In this document: piece after piece, positions 12,358-25,300 of the stretch
Layout of the letters: each line of letters begins with the position of its first letter
Position numbering within the stretch: the stretch's first letter is position 1
NCBI GenBank assembly: GCA_002633005.1
Contig: NMRA01000053.1
Coordinates: 248,001 to 312,000, forward strand
Direction: 5' to 3'
Length of the DNA: 64,000 nucleotides
From: Phoronis australis
Taxonomy: Eukaryota > Animalia > Phoronida
Notes under the pieces: generated by a model
Seen by the model: only the letters and a program-made list of their open reading frames with translations
Told to the model about the DNA's origin: nothing
Databases searched by the model: none
Position numbers and translations under genes: made by a program

Positions 12358-12885
12358 TGCAGAAATAGCCGAAATTACCCGGCCCGGGAATAGAAACAGC
12401 GACCCCCATAAAACTGGCGAGCGTGCTAACCATTCAGCTAATAGGCAATTGCCCATTAGCAAGAAGCTAACAGAGGCTCACATGATTCACCAGAAGCATA
12501 TCTACAACATTCCCCCCTTTCTGACTAGTATGGAACAGGCACGCCACCAGGAAGGTGAACACCAGGATGTCAACGTCCCTTGGTACCTTTAGCACCACAA
12601 CACAGGTGAACACAAGGTAGTCTCTCATACAGGTCCTCAACTCCTGGAACTTTCCATGCGCGCCGTCACGAGGTCTGCGGGCATACTAGTTGGCTTCATC
12701 GGCAGATCATCCGTTTGCCGATTACGCCGTTTGTAGTAATAGCCGAGATTGCTTGACCTGGGAATCGAACTAGTGACCCCCATAAAACCGGCAAGCATGC
12801 TAACCATTCAGCTAAAAGGCAATTGCCCCTTGTTAGCGAGTAGCTAACAGAGGCTCATATGATTCACCGGAAGCACATCTGAACA
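12358..12885 (-). mobile_element. TRIM (miniature non-autonomous LTR retrotransposon) with tRNA-like LTRs
   Basis: Direct repeats 12358-12509 and 12732-12885 with TG...CA ends. Minus-strand PBS CGGCGTAATCGGCA next to one LTR (tRNA-Ser-like) and PPT AGAAAGGGGGGA next to the other. Flanks ATAT/GTAT. Confidence 0.8.
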
Positions 12886-12960
12886 GTATATTTATAGTAG
12901 GCCTGCAGCTTTGCACCAAGGCTCTCTCCACTTCAGCCTGGTCATCATTTCAAAAGCTAT

Positions 12961-13071
12961 TGTTGCAGATGTGCTTCGAGTGAATGATTATGAGCCTCTC
13001 TGGTACCGGCGGTAGTTAGCAGGTCGCTGGTTCGCCTGATCGGCCGTAATCTCGGCTATTACTTCTCTACA
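12961..13071 (+). mobile_element. Deleted solo LTR of the same TRIM family, inverted
   Basis: tgttgcagatgtgcttc...tgagcctct...gtcgctggttcg...atctcggctattact...ctaca matches the reverse complement of the neighbouring LTRs. Confidence 0.7.
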
Positions 13072-13679
13072 GCATTATATAATAGCAACACTGTGTTAAA
13101 GTATCGCCAGTCCACCGCCGAGCACAATAAATTCCCATGATTTGAAAACCTGTTTCAGTGCACTTCAGCTGCTGAGGGATGCAATTGAAAAATTAAAAAA
13201 AGACGGAAATGAAAACCATTGCAAAAATGTTCGACAAGAAGAACAAGTTATTAAATTGAACCGCAGACGTACCTGTGTTTAGGATCATGAAGACAGTCGG
13301 TTTTCAAATATCATCCATGATAAAGACAGGAATTAAGTTTGAACGGGGAATAATTAAAGGCTGAAAGTAGCGACGACATAGAGATCAGCCCCCATTTTGA
13401 TCTCCTCTGTTGGAAGTTACTAAACGAGTTAGTTAAAACTAGTGCCACCTAGGGAATAATTAACAAATGACTCACACCCAGTCCACACTCAACTGGAGTT
13501 CAAGGCCCAGCCATGCATCATGGATTTGTTTTCCAAAGCACAACAGATGACAAATGTTTGCGCATCATGCTCAGTTTCACTTACACGTAATGACAGATTC
13601 CTTTGATACTTGGGTCATGATTTCAGTTTGTTGCGGATAATTATCCAGGGTTGTAAAATTATTGTATCAGATTTTCAGA

Positions 13680-14340
13680 CGCGTGGCCTACAGCCGACGC
13701 AGATCGACCCCGGCCGGCCGGGTAGGCCTACTGTCTCAGACTAGTGGGCCACTATTCTCGTAGATGATTTCAAATTATGAAATCATTGTATAACAAATTA
13801 TATTTTATGACAATACGAAGCGTTTGTATGTCCTACTCTAGTCTTGTCTTATGGCCCGGCCCGTGATGAGTTACTGAGTCTGGAGCGCGATCCAGTGCTC
13901 TGCCGGGCCGCTCCGTCACCGCTCAGTCGTTGCGCCTACTAGAGGCCTACCCGCCGGGTCCGGGTGCCAGTCTGCCGCTGCAACCGCCGGAGCTGGTCAC
14001 AATAACTAAGAGTTTTAATATTTTTTTCTAAGGAACGAATCAGCAACTTAAAGTAGACCTGACTTAGCATTTCGTGCATAGTAGGCCCGGCGTAACTCGA
14101 TCGTTTGGTGACATCGCCAATACTCGCCGCAAGGCTTGTGTTGGGCGTTTAGGGTTCTGAAGGTACGAATCTTTAAGTAATTATATAAATTTAAAAAAGT
14201 AAATCATTAACAAGCATTCGATAAAACCTGTAAAAAATTTCATTAAGACTTGTAAATTTTCGAACTAAGCGTCGTCACGGTGAACACACCGGGCCGGCGC
14301 CATTTGATAAAATATTATCTTTCGGGAGGGTGAAAACCCT
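13680..14340 (-). promoter_or_regulatory. CpG-rich island; probable PIKfyve promoter and first-intron region
   Basis: Local GC/CpG enrichment with repeated AGGCC motifs and a YY1-like CAAATGGCGCC on the minus strand near 14300, upstream of the first coding exon. A possible UTR exon donor lies at 13273 (CAG|GTACGT). Confidence 0.45.
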
Positions 14341-14569
14341 AATTTGATTAAAGCTAAATACTCTTTCCGCATTATTTTCGTTAAGAACACCATAAACAAA
14401 CTTTAAAGCAGCTGATTTGAAACTATGACTACCAGAAGGTACTCTTTCAAATCACGATGAAGAAAATTTTCTAAAGTTCGGTTGCAATTTTTTTTTGCTG
14501 CAACATCAAAATAACCGTCACGGAGTTGCGTGAACTTAGAAAAAAACATAGCAAAAAGCGCCAATACAT

Positions 14570-14815
14570 CGCATGAACTCACCCAGCCTAAAAATGGTGG
14601 GGGCTCCGTCAATTTTTGGGAATGTGGACCTTTTACTAAAAAAAGAGGTACGTTCAGAGCTGTGAATTGTGCACTTGACGAATTTTGGTAGATCCTTTCT
14701 TTCTTCATTGAATCTTTTTTTTTTTCTTTGAGGCGGACCTTTTGCTCACTTCTCCAACTGGAGGGCTCATCTGAGCCTCCCCCCACGGAGCCCCCCCCTT
14801 GGGTGCGAGTATGCA
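14570..14815. mobile_element. Small GC-ended MITE; inverted relative at ~16760-16900
   Basis: cacccagcctaaaa and gaggcggaccttttgctcacttc motifs recur at 16760-16900; ends CA...cacccag / ttgggtgcgagtatg. Confidence 0.4.
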
Positions 14816-16139
14816 TCAGAGAGGGATGTGTTGTGTGAAGTATTCATGTTCTGATTAGTAACGCTGCCATGTCGTTTGATTAATTAGAGACTATTCTATC
14901 TGCTAAATTAGTGCCAATGAAAGAAAGACTATGTTCTTGTCTACTCCTCAGAATCATACCAGGACAACATAACCAAGAGTGCACTGGAGTTGATTAGCGG
15001 CTTGCAGCTTGCAGTGGCTACCCGGATTTTATAAACCTTAGGTGACAAATTAGGATGGGGTTCATTATTGCAGCTTGATGAAGTAAACTAAACCAGAATC
15101 TTTATGGGAGTATATTACGTTTTGCAGTTACTGACACATCTTATAGTTTCCCGGGCCAATAACACCAAGCTCTTTATAAAATGAACGCCTACTTACCATA
15201 GTCAGAACTGTAGACCTATCTAAAGTTTTGTCCCACAGAAGCGAATTTTAGTTCAAAATACCTTCCATTGGCGTGCATAGCTCTTAAAATGCACACACAA
15301 GTACCATTAGAAAACCCATGTCGTCATCGCAAAGCACCTTTTGTTCAGTGCGAAACTTATTAAACCAAAACCGGCATTTCACGTCCAGTTATCCATACCT
15401 TTGTGTCTGAAACCGATAGCGGTACTGTACATTTAGAAATTGGGGCAATTGTCGCATAATCAAGTTTGGGGGTTTGATTAGGCATATCCATATCGTATCG
15501 ATTTACAAATGTAGCTTTGCCCCTGTTTTTCAATTTTTGTTGAGCAATGCCAAACAGCGTTTTTTGGTCTGTTCCCAGGCTTACTCTTAAAACACCATAT
15601 AGATAATAGATGTTCATCACAAAGGCATCAGCGTCAATGTCACTGAGAAACCGTTAACTTTTTATCATGTGGACATCGATAGCGTAATGCGTCATCCGGT
15701 TCTCGTTTTTTTTTTTTTGATCTTCTATTTTTTTCTGTAAGCTTTTGCCTCTGGTACCTGTCTTCTGTCAAAAGTATCTTTTGGTTTGGGGTTATAAAAC
15801 TGGTCCCCGGCAACTTTCTTTCTATTCGAAGTAACTGAAGAAGGTGTTAGAAACCCGTTCACTGTCAAAATAACTGTTGATTTAGACCACCAACCCATAA
15901 TGCCTATAAAGCTGGTTTCAATGCATTCCTTATTCAGATTATAATTGATTTCTGACGTTCGTTCCTGCTTGACTGAAAGCAGTCTGACGGCATGTATTCT
16001 CGCCCGGGCGGCAACGATATGTGTCATGTGCGACAATATATGCCACAACAAGCCTGTCATGATTTACGAATTAAATTTGAACTTCAAAATTGTAGAACTC
16101 TGTTTACAATTGCCAGTACATGCACTTTGAGTACCTACT

Positions 16140-16296
16140 CAGTGGCGGATTTAAGGGGGGGGGGAAGTGGGCCATGCCCCTCTAAAATTCTCCCAGATTC
16201 CATTTAGCAGTTCGGGGGTGCGAATGTCTGACAGGCAAAACCCTGGCTAATACTCTGCCCTGTCCCCCCTAACTCAAAATCCTGGATCCGCCCCTG
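16140..16296. mobile_element. hAT-like MITE (CAGTGGCGGAT...ATCCGCCCCTG)
   Basis: 11-bp TIRs; inverted copy at 58012-58170. No clean 8-bp TSD, so the superfamily is tentative. Confidence 0.65.
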
Positions 16297-17282
16297 CTAT
16301 TTTTTTGGTGGTCATGTACCGGCACTGTACACTATAATGGTCTTCAAATTAATATCTTTCGATTTCGGACAAAAATATTGTTTTGTCGTTTTTCTTTTCT
16401 GTAATGAAGTCTCGCATTTTAGATGGTTTGGTGCTGTGTGTTTTGCGTGAACACTATTGGAGGTTATTTTCATGACCTGAATTTGAAATGTTTTTTAATT
16501 CCTCATGATTTATAGGGGGAAGGGCACTCGTCCCGGGCAGCCCCTCCAAGAGCGGACTTCGCCTGTGTGGGTACCCCTTAACATGAAAGGTATCACTAGG
16601 CTGCCCAAATACTCGAATGTGAAACACTGTATCATTTTTTAGAAATGGAAAGGGCTGCCAGTTGATTTCATGGTATGGCCCTCCTCCTTCTAACTGGGCC
16701 ACTTTCCTTAACTTTAAGGAATGTACGATTTTACGAAGGACAATTGGTTTCATTGAAGAGCATGTGCGCACCCGGCCTGGGGGGGATAGCTGGCGAAGTG
16801 GGCAAAAAGGGCCGCCTCAGAGAAACAAAACTCTGAAAACGGAAAACGAGATAAAAGTCCACTACGTGCGCGCACCCAGCCTAAAATACAGGAGGGGGGN
16901 TCAGAAAACCTTTCAACGATAAACTCCCACCTGTTGGAACAGTCATACGTCGATGTTATAAACTCTCTTTGTTTCAGTATTGATTCGCTTGAACGAATGT
17001 GCGTTACTTCCAAATTTTTGCCCGGGCGTATATTTGGATATTTTCCTGCGGCCCCGCTTGTCTGCACCTGGGAACTGGTTCCTAGTCTGCACTGAGAAAG
17101 CTCCGACACGACAACCCGGTTACCCCCACAAAAATGAACTCGCCTCGTGATTATTTTCCAACTCAAATCAATCAGTAGGTTATGACTGCTGTTGGAGTGT
17201 AAGCGATAGGTTATAAGGCGCACGTTACATTGGCTGGTATTCCAAGACTTGGAAGTTACACGTTATCTTTAAACGGTCCAGA

Positions 17283-17352
17283 ATGCGGCTGGCCGCTTTT
17301 TTAGGATTAGCATTGATCTTAATCCTCGAGGTGACAATAGAAATCAACGCAG
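17283..17352 (+). CDS. Signal-peptide exon (exon 1) of a secreted or membrane EGF-repeat protein
   Basis: ATG-MRLAAFLGLALILILEVTIEINA followed by a consensus donor CAG|GTAAGT in phase 1, matching the phase-1 EGF exons downstream. Not in the ORF track. Confidence 0.7.
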
Positions 17353-20300
17353 GTAAGTACTGTAGCCTACTGCATTGTAACTCTTTCTGAGAAACGTCGT
17401 GTTTGTCACAATGGAAGGCCGCAAAGAGATAGATTCCCAGTCTATCGCCTCAAACTCAAAGCCCGGTTTGGCGCCTTTCTCTGGACGTCCAGATGGCCAG
17501 TACTGTGCCCACCACTGTCTATCCATTATAATATATGTGATGGTGTTAAGTACCACATGAAATTCATGTCCGAATCTGCGTCACCTGCATAACCGACCTG
17601 CAATCGATGTCATCAACCTGTACCAAGTGCACGCACCAGACTGTTTTAATTCTGGGTCAGAAATATTCAGTTTACTGTTAGACGTGGTTTTACAGTTTTG
17701 ATGTAGTTTTCGGATGCAAGCCAGTTACATGTGGGTTAAATGCGTAATGAAATTCTTAGGCCTTTAACTAACATGCAGGGTAATGAGCAAAACAAATTTT
17801 GGCCCACTGTAAATTTCAGAGCTTTAGCAAGTTTCAAAATAAATTACTTTCTATGGTCACACTACACAGTTATGCTAGTCAAAAAAGTAAATTACTGTGT
17901 TACAGAGGCCAATCAACCCATAGGCAGTTGGAAATACGTATTGAATTCAAGAAATTAACTATTTGGCATGTCTCCCCGGTAATTAGTTGTTGGGAATTTT
18001 TATCATGCATGTTTTGCTGGGTTATGAAATCAGTCAACATGTTTTTACAATTTCAGATTTGTAATTTCCTTTTGAAAGTGTATGTGAGTTAAGTTTTTGT
18101 TGTGGTGAGTCCTTTTGATCACACCTGAGTGAAAGATGTGTTTACAGAACAATGTCAAATAAAGTTGATAATATGAGAAACAAAGTAATGACTTGATTGG
18201 TTGCTTGTGCTGACATATACGGGGTACTTCCTCTTCCTGTAATTAAAGACACTTAAGTGTTTTGAAAATGTGATTTTTGCGAGGTGTTAATACTAATAAA
18301 AGAGACAAGCGTTGGGATTAGTTTATGTTTGATGTGACTTATCTCAAATCCATTGTTAGTAAATGAACACTGATGCCAAAAGGAATTGTTCAGGAAGCAT
18401 TTTGTAGCCTTAGTCAGCTTGACAGTGATGTTTTGCCTAAGTTGTGACAACCAAATATCATCGCGGTAAATTGTCACCAACTTTAAACGTAACATGGTGA
18501 ACATGCGATATCCTATTTTTTCATTTTTTCACAAAAGACATAGAACCAAATAAAGGCTTTATCATTTCAATCTTTATGCCTTAGCTATCAGCAGACAAAG
18601 ATGTTAAAATTAGAAATGATGGGAATCTGCATCAATGTTGGAAACTCTGGAAAAATGAAAAGAAAAGACTGCTTGTTATCTGCTCATATTTTTTTAATAC
18701 AGTTGTCAAGATAGTATTCTGGCAATAGTGTCACGCTTTTAATTAGTTTTGTTTGAAAGAAAGACTTGCCTAAGGATTGCAATTTTGTAACAAACCACTA
18801 ATACGTAATCGGTAGTTCAGCCCTTGATATCTAAATGTACATATTTTGTTATGAGCTTCATGGAATCTTATCAACAATGTCAAACTATGTGTTGCCTTAT
18901 GATAACCTCCTAGAATCCAATCAAGTAAAAAATCAACTCATAGTTTTTTAACATTGACGTTGCTATGTAAGGCTGTACAACCGTTTATCTAGATATGTTT
19001 TTTAGCCAGCAGTTTGGGCTGCTGTGAAGGTGAACAATAGGGAGACATTTCAGGGAGTTTAAAATTTCAATTTACTCACTCCTGTCATCAATTAAATTAA
19101 TTTTTAAGAAAAGGGAGTCATTCTTTTTCACGAGTGGTGGTTATTGATATAAAGTTCTTAGACCATGTGTAGTGGGTGTGATAATTCAGTTCATGATGAT
19201 TTAAATATTCTACAATGTTGTGGAGTATTTACCAAAAAGGTGACAAGCAACTGTTGACGTCATACTCAAAGCCTTTTCATACTTCAAGTCAAATTCGCCA
19301 CCAGAGCTTTGTTGACATAAACAGTGAAGTTAACTTGTGCTTTCCCATTAGTTTCAGTTCTTAACCAACCTGAAAGTTATTGCCTAGTGGTGGCTGGATC
19401 AGTAATTTGAAGTTATCGCACCTTTGGGTGTGATTTTAAACTTAGAAGTTTTAATTTTATTTACCTTTCAATTTTTAACTATGAATAATCACTTTTTAGA
19501 ACATACTGTAGTTAGGAATGTCCTCAGTTTCTCAAAAACATTGCCTATGTGCTGATGGTATGGAATTTAAAAGTGATGAAGTGTATCGATTTGGATATAT
19601 TTTTGTGAAAAAATGGAAAGTCTCATAGTTTGTCTAACATTTTGTGTCCTAAATTGATGTAATTTTTGCGTAATATAGTAGTGTATGATGTTTTGACATA
19701 TGCCTGAAGGTAGCATTGTAAACCAGGAAGTTGTTACCAAACATATAAGGCTAGTTTCACAAACATTGTGCGCTACATGTGATTTCCCCTACCAGCTGCC
19801 ATGAATGCTTCTTATTGGTTGGAATTACAATAGGCTCTTATGACAGTACTCAGCCTTTTGTGACTGGCTTCTTTTGTTTGGGGATAGAGATGGGTGAGAT
19901 GTGGCAGAGATGGGTGTCCGTGGTAGCCACTGCCGGCTTATGTCAACATTCTTAGTTGGCAGTAAAAAAAAAACAAAATATTTGAATTTTTAAAAATTGA
20001 ATGGAACATTAGGAGTGTACATACCAAATTTCAGACAGATCCGTCCAGAGACAGCAAAGCTATTGTTTGTCAAAGCAAAAATTTGAAAAATGGCCACCAC
20101 AGCGCCATCTTGCGTTCAATTTCAACCCAAAGCATTAGGCTTCCAGGCATTTACAAAGTGCTTGTTGTTTGTAAGTTTCATGCTTGTCAGATAAGAAATG
20201 CGACTTGCAGTGTGCGAAGCAAATTTAATGAAAAAAACAACAAACTTAAGAAATTTCATTTGTCCAAGTAAGGAACGGAAAAATGTACGGTTGTAACATA

Positions 20301-20858
20301 CTTCGCCAAGTAAAAAATGTGACAAAGCAACAACAAACTTGGGGAAATTTATTTGATCAAGTACAAACTTGGATGGATATCATCCATCTTGTCATATTTC
20401 CTGATGACTACCTTGTAACTCTGTAGTAGAACTATGTTGACATTTGGAGACAAATACATGGTAATTTTGATATAAAATGTTGTGACAAGTGCACAGCAGC
20501 TGTAAACAAGATGTGGCAGATGCCTGATAAATGTGCATCGTTGTGGGTAAATGCAGAAATTGACGGGAAATGTTGAATTTGACATGGGACTATTTTTACT
20601 TGGCGAAATTCTTCAAATTCCGCCAAGTATGTTGCTCTGAGGTCAATTTTTTTTGTTTGCACTTTTCAGGTCGCAATTTTCGTCCGATCCACACGAAATT
20701 TATACTCAGTGTGTAGATCCGAAAGTGGTGGAAGCCTGTTTTGGTCATGATCAGATACGAGATGGCAGACATGGCGGTCATTTTGTTTCTGATTTCAGAT
20801 TCAAATGCTCATAGAGGCCTCAATTTTTGACATACAAGGCTGAAAATTATTATGGTTA

Positions 20859-22340
20859 CCATATTCGCCCTAATAACCGCCCAGGGCGCTTAGAAAAATT
20901 CGTTTCAGGGGGCGCTTGAGGCGGTTGAAACCCGGTCTCCGAAACAGGCGAAATTGAAAGCTAAGATTCATCTTATTTACGCTCTGTGTATTTATAACCT
21001 ATGACAGACTTTCCACAAAATTGTGGTGCATTGCTATCAAACTTTGCTGTTAAATTACGATCATTTTACAGAAAATTTTGCATAAATCCCAGGGCGAAAA
21101 CTCGCCGACTGCCTGCCTCGCAGTCGTCGTTATGGCTACTTGAATGCTTGAATAAAAATACAGCTTCAACTCAAGCAAGTTACCTGATAGTCCTCCTTAA
21201 GTTTTGCAGATGGTGGCCCTAAGATTTTTAAGTTTCCGTGGAGTCGGGATTAAGGTCAGGTTAAGTCCAAATCTGTGCTAGATCGTGCCGACTATGATCA
21301 TAGGCCTACCCGGTAACACGAGAAAAAAATCTGTGGATATGTTGCTGTCACATGGCGTTTGTTTTGAAGTTCGTTTTCGTGTGTGAGTAAGTCAGCGCGT
21401 GCGGGTCACCAGAGCTCATTTGCCACAGTAAACGCAATCTGACGAGCTAGATGTTCATTGTATCCTAAAGAAATTAGCACACGTCAAGCAGAAAGCAGAA
21501 CGTGTTTCATTCAGAACTTTCTGGTCTTGTCTGCTAAAAAACGTTCAACAATTGTCTCAGGAAGTCCCATAGTAGTCACCGTGTGCTGGGCTGGATGCGT
21601 ACGTTACGTGACTGACAGTTATTTTTCGGGTGTGAGGGTGTGTAACATTCACGGTCAGTGGTCATTTTATCAGATATTTGGCTTTAAAAACACCAATTAT
21701 GATTAATCAAACAATCCCTCTTAAAAATAATGCAAAATTTATTATGGTAGTAGAAAATGTCGGAAATTATTGCCAATATTTATTTCTTGCCGGTGCTATA
21801 CTACCTGTTTCATGAATGGATAGTTCCCAAGTAATGCCTTTGATGACAGCCGGTACATGTATGTAGGGCGCGCTTCCTGGCCACGTGCCTTTAACACTGG
21901 TCGAGTTGGTTATTAGTCTTCGATCTGCAGTTTTCACGTGTGCGAAGAAATTTGTATTCCTGTTGAGGGTGGGAAATATCTACAATACAATTCTGTTGAT
22001 AATTACGGTGCATCTGTTCTGAAAGGCCAAACCACATTCCTTGCAAGATCAGCAAAACCTTTGCGTTCTTTTTGGGACACGGCGGAAGTTTGAAGTATAT
22101 AGTCATGGCTGAATACCGACATAGCGGCGAGGCTCGTGGTCTACAAATTCCGCGCACAATGATTTTTTTCAGGTCTGTCGGATATTATTGATAAATTGAA
22201 GACGTTACGATACAATTTTATGACTGTAGGGAAGGCATTTTTCGCACGTACACGTTCATGGACTGGGCGCTTATTTCAGCAAAGTCTGAAAACGCGTGGA
22301 AGCGCTATAGGGGCATGGGCGGTTATTAGGCAAAATACGG
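20859..22340 (+). mobile_element. Non-autonomous Tc2/pogo-like (Tc1/mariner) DNA transposon, family B, carrying a HIRAN-like pseudo-ORF
   Basis: TA on both flanks; TIRs CCATATTCGCCCTAATAACCGCCC / reverse complement CCGTATTTTGCCTAATAACCGCCC; subterminal TAAGCGCCC motifs. Confidence 0.8.
21917..22213 (+). pseudogene. Frameshifted HIRAN-domain-like ORF inside the transposon
   Basis: SSICSFHVCEEICIPVEGGKYLQYNSVDNYGASVLKGQT/HIPCKISKTFAFFLGHGGSLKYIVMAEYRHSGEARGLQIPRTMIF. Confidence 0.65.
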
Positions 22341-25300
22341 TATTATAACTGAGAGGTACTACAACTGTGCTGTAAATCATCAACTTCCAGTTAAAGATGG
22401 CGGAAAAATGGGCAATGGCGCATATGCACCTCGGTTTCTACCCAAAAAGTTTTTCTCCTGTAGAGGGCGCATTGGCAAACAAATCACTTTCCAACTTGTA
22501 ACGTGCTCGTTTCTTGTGGTTGGCTATTATTAAATTTTGATTAACTGGAAGTTGCTTTCAAGAAGGCGGCTCTGGCGCATTTTTACCCATTTTCGATCGT
22601 TCTGCAGTTGCATTTTGAACGTGAAGAGCAAATGACGTGAATTTTTGCATGTGTATTCCTTGAAGTGTGCTCTTTCAAAAGTTCTGCGGCAACGGTTTTC
22701 TCAGTCATACCGTTTTTGAATTATTTGACTTTTAATTTAAAAAAATTGCAAATTTTAAAATTTTTCGAAAAATTTTACGAATTTTATAAAACTATGGCAG
22801 TAGATAGAGTTTTGAACGTACTTTCAAAAGTTGATTTTTATTTTTCGCTAGGATGCCTAGTTTTTGAGTTATTTGAGATTTTCTGAAAACGCTGTTCCTT
22901 TGTTGACCGACTTTGGTGGACTATTGTTGGTGTACTTTCTATTGAACAAGACTGTAGCCTATTAATTACTGACTTGCAACATCTTGGTTGGTCATATGAA
23001 TCTGATTGTCATGTTTATCATCGTCATCGTCATCCTCTCCATCATCGTTTTTTCAGTTAATTTCACCAAGTGTCGCTCCTCCGAGCGCTCTCGTTGTGTG
23101 TTTGTTTGTTTTTTTCCGGAAAGGGAAGATCCCTATGGGTGTTGTATAATTATGAGTGCCCGGGGATGTGAAACGGTTTTACGCAATCAATTTAAAAGGC
23201 TTTGTCCTCTATTTTTGCGTGTAAAAATTTCAGTAGACTTCAACTTTTGTTCTCGGAAACAATGGGATACTAGCGGCTCCATTTATTTGAACTACTCTAT
23301 TTATCCAGGCTTAATACTTAAGGCCCATAATTGGATGCTCAACATGCAGAATTCCGCCCACTCCCCAAGTATACGCTCGTGACTTTCAGTTACCTGAATT
23401 TTATTGTGTGAATCTTTTTGTGAAGGCCACGCAATAACTGATGCAGAATTTTCTGTCAGAAAACGGTCATATTCTCTTTTCCCGTGACTTAACAACGAGT
23501 CTGGTAAAATCTCTGTAATTTATGACACACTTTAGCCGATAAGTGAAATTTTATTTTTTCAATTTTTCATGCTACATACTCAGTACCAAATTAAATGCAT
23601 TTACATGTTCAAGGTTTGTACAACTACCATCAGACAAAGTTTTGAAAAATTGAGGACATTCATGATAGAGCTAGAAGCACTTGGTAAATTGAAAAAGGTA
23701 ATTTTTTGCAATTATTTTTGTTAGAAATTGGTGAGATTTTATGGTAAATATGTTTTCATGCATAATTACATCTATGTTGTATTTTATTTTATTTCCTTTA
23801 TTTTAATTGCGTGCAGTAGTGGCTGACAATCGGTACCTTAGTTGTTCAATTGAGTAAATGGATAGTTCAGCCCACACCTTGAATCAAACATCCACTTTTT
23901 GATCCAGGAGTTTATATCATTTTTGATACTCTGGGTGTTCACCCAGACAAATACAACACATCTCACTCTGGGTCGAGTTGAATTTCAAATTTCTTAGCGT
24001 ACAATTAACCGATTAATGTTATCACATCACACAGTACTTCATAGCTGCAGGTATGTACTACTCAAGGGTGCCCTGTCTTCATCTAGAGAGGTCAGGACTG
24101 AGACTACTGATTCTCAAAAGTTACACACCAAGACCAAGGGTCTCCTAACATTCCTTTCTTGTACACTTCATGCTGACACCAGCATTCTAACTGGGCATTT
24201 CAACCTCACATGTAGTTCTCTAAATAGCTATTGGTGCAAAATCAGTCTTGTATAAACATTTGTCTTTTGTGTTATTTAGGAATGCCCATCTTTAACAGGA
24301 GTAGTTAGTCATACTCACATATATCTGTGTTACATCAGGGTGGAGGAATGATTCATTGGTCGGACCTCTGAAGTACCACTCAGGGCTAATGAGGTCAAGC
24401 CAAAATCGAAAATTTCTAACTGGAATGATAACCCCATTCAGGCAGCCAGTGAACTCTGTTTGGTTCATCGTTTATCTTGTGTAATTAGGAAGGCAACTCG
24501 GCTATTAAAAAATCAAAACAAAGGGTTCTAGTCTAAAAGAATTATTAAATCAATTGGTTCTCAAAGATGCTGCTCCGAGGGACTTCAATAAAACATTGGT
24601 GACAATTAAAGGTTAAAGGTGCAATAGAGCTTTGCCTTCTGTCTAAAACAATTTTCGGTTTGGGCCACGTCACCTCGTTAAAATCGGTCTCATCTTGTTC
24701 CTTAGCGGGCTGGTGATTTCTAGGCTCGGATGAGAGAAAAATTGTTAGTTGGATGTTGCTTCCAACCAAGGTGTCAGTCGCTTATCAGTTAGGTGTTGAA
24801 GCTGTATAGACATTATGAGCATCATAGGTGTTTTACTGCACATAATGGATCTCAATTCAAGCCAGGAATAAGGATTCATTACTTGCTCACTTTACTAGTG
24901 CTGGAAAAATTATTAGGACACAATGCCTCGTTTTAGCGTCAATTACAACCCAAATGTGAAAGCGCGTGTGTTCCAAAAATGCAGAGCCATCATAGTTTGG
25001 ACTCTACACTTCATTTCCAAGCCTTATGGCGAGTCCATCGAAGTAGCGAAGATTGAACAAGTAGTGAAGAAAGCTGTTTTTTGACACAAGAACATGGTTT
25101 ACTACAGGTTTGTTACCCAACCTCAAAATATTGCTATTTGGTCTTGAAAATCCAATAGGTTCAGTAAACACCAGCACAAGAGATCATCATGACTACTATA
25201 TCCAGGTCTAGTTCTACCAGCCAGCCTAATTGACAGTATCAGCAGTGGATTGTTTCTCTTCCCTATGTTCCTGTGGTGCGTGGGTGTGTGTGTGTGCTTG

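Larger units (their letters stand above)
19960..22930. mobile_element. Helentron/HINE-like non-autonomous repeats, interrupted by the Tc2-like element
   Basis: acttggcg...cgccaagt subterminal inverted motif at ~20597-20628, with an inverted partner at ~20296. Degenerate gaaattt/gccatctt units and a short terminal hairpin near 22905-22925. Classification is tentative. Confidence 0.35.

Noticed and set aside
12380-12445. tRNA gene
   Set aside because: An A box and a decayed B box are present, but there is no proper acceptor or anticodon stem; it is part of an LTR.
15360-16060. Minus-strand ORFs with faint piggyBac-like words (SNRKK, KLKNRG)
   Set aside because: No convincing catalytic motifs, TIRs or TTAA duplication.
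16454-17223. Overlapping 86-157 aa ORFs between the two genes
   Set aside because: No recognisable domain; they overlap a MITE, an N, and the presumed promoter/5' UTR of the EGF gene.
22984-23382. 132-aa ORF with a hydrophobic N-terminus
   Set aside because: The hydrophobic stretch comes from a (catcgt)n-like simple repeat; no ATG at the annotated start, no domain and no splice support.
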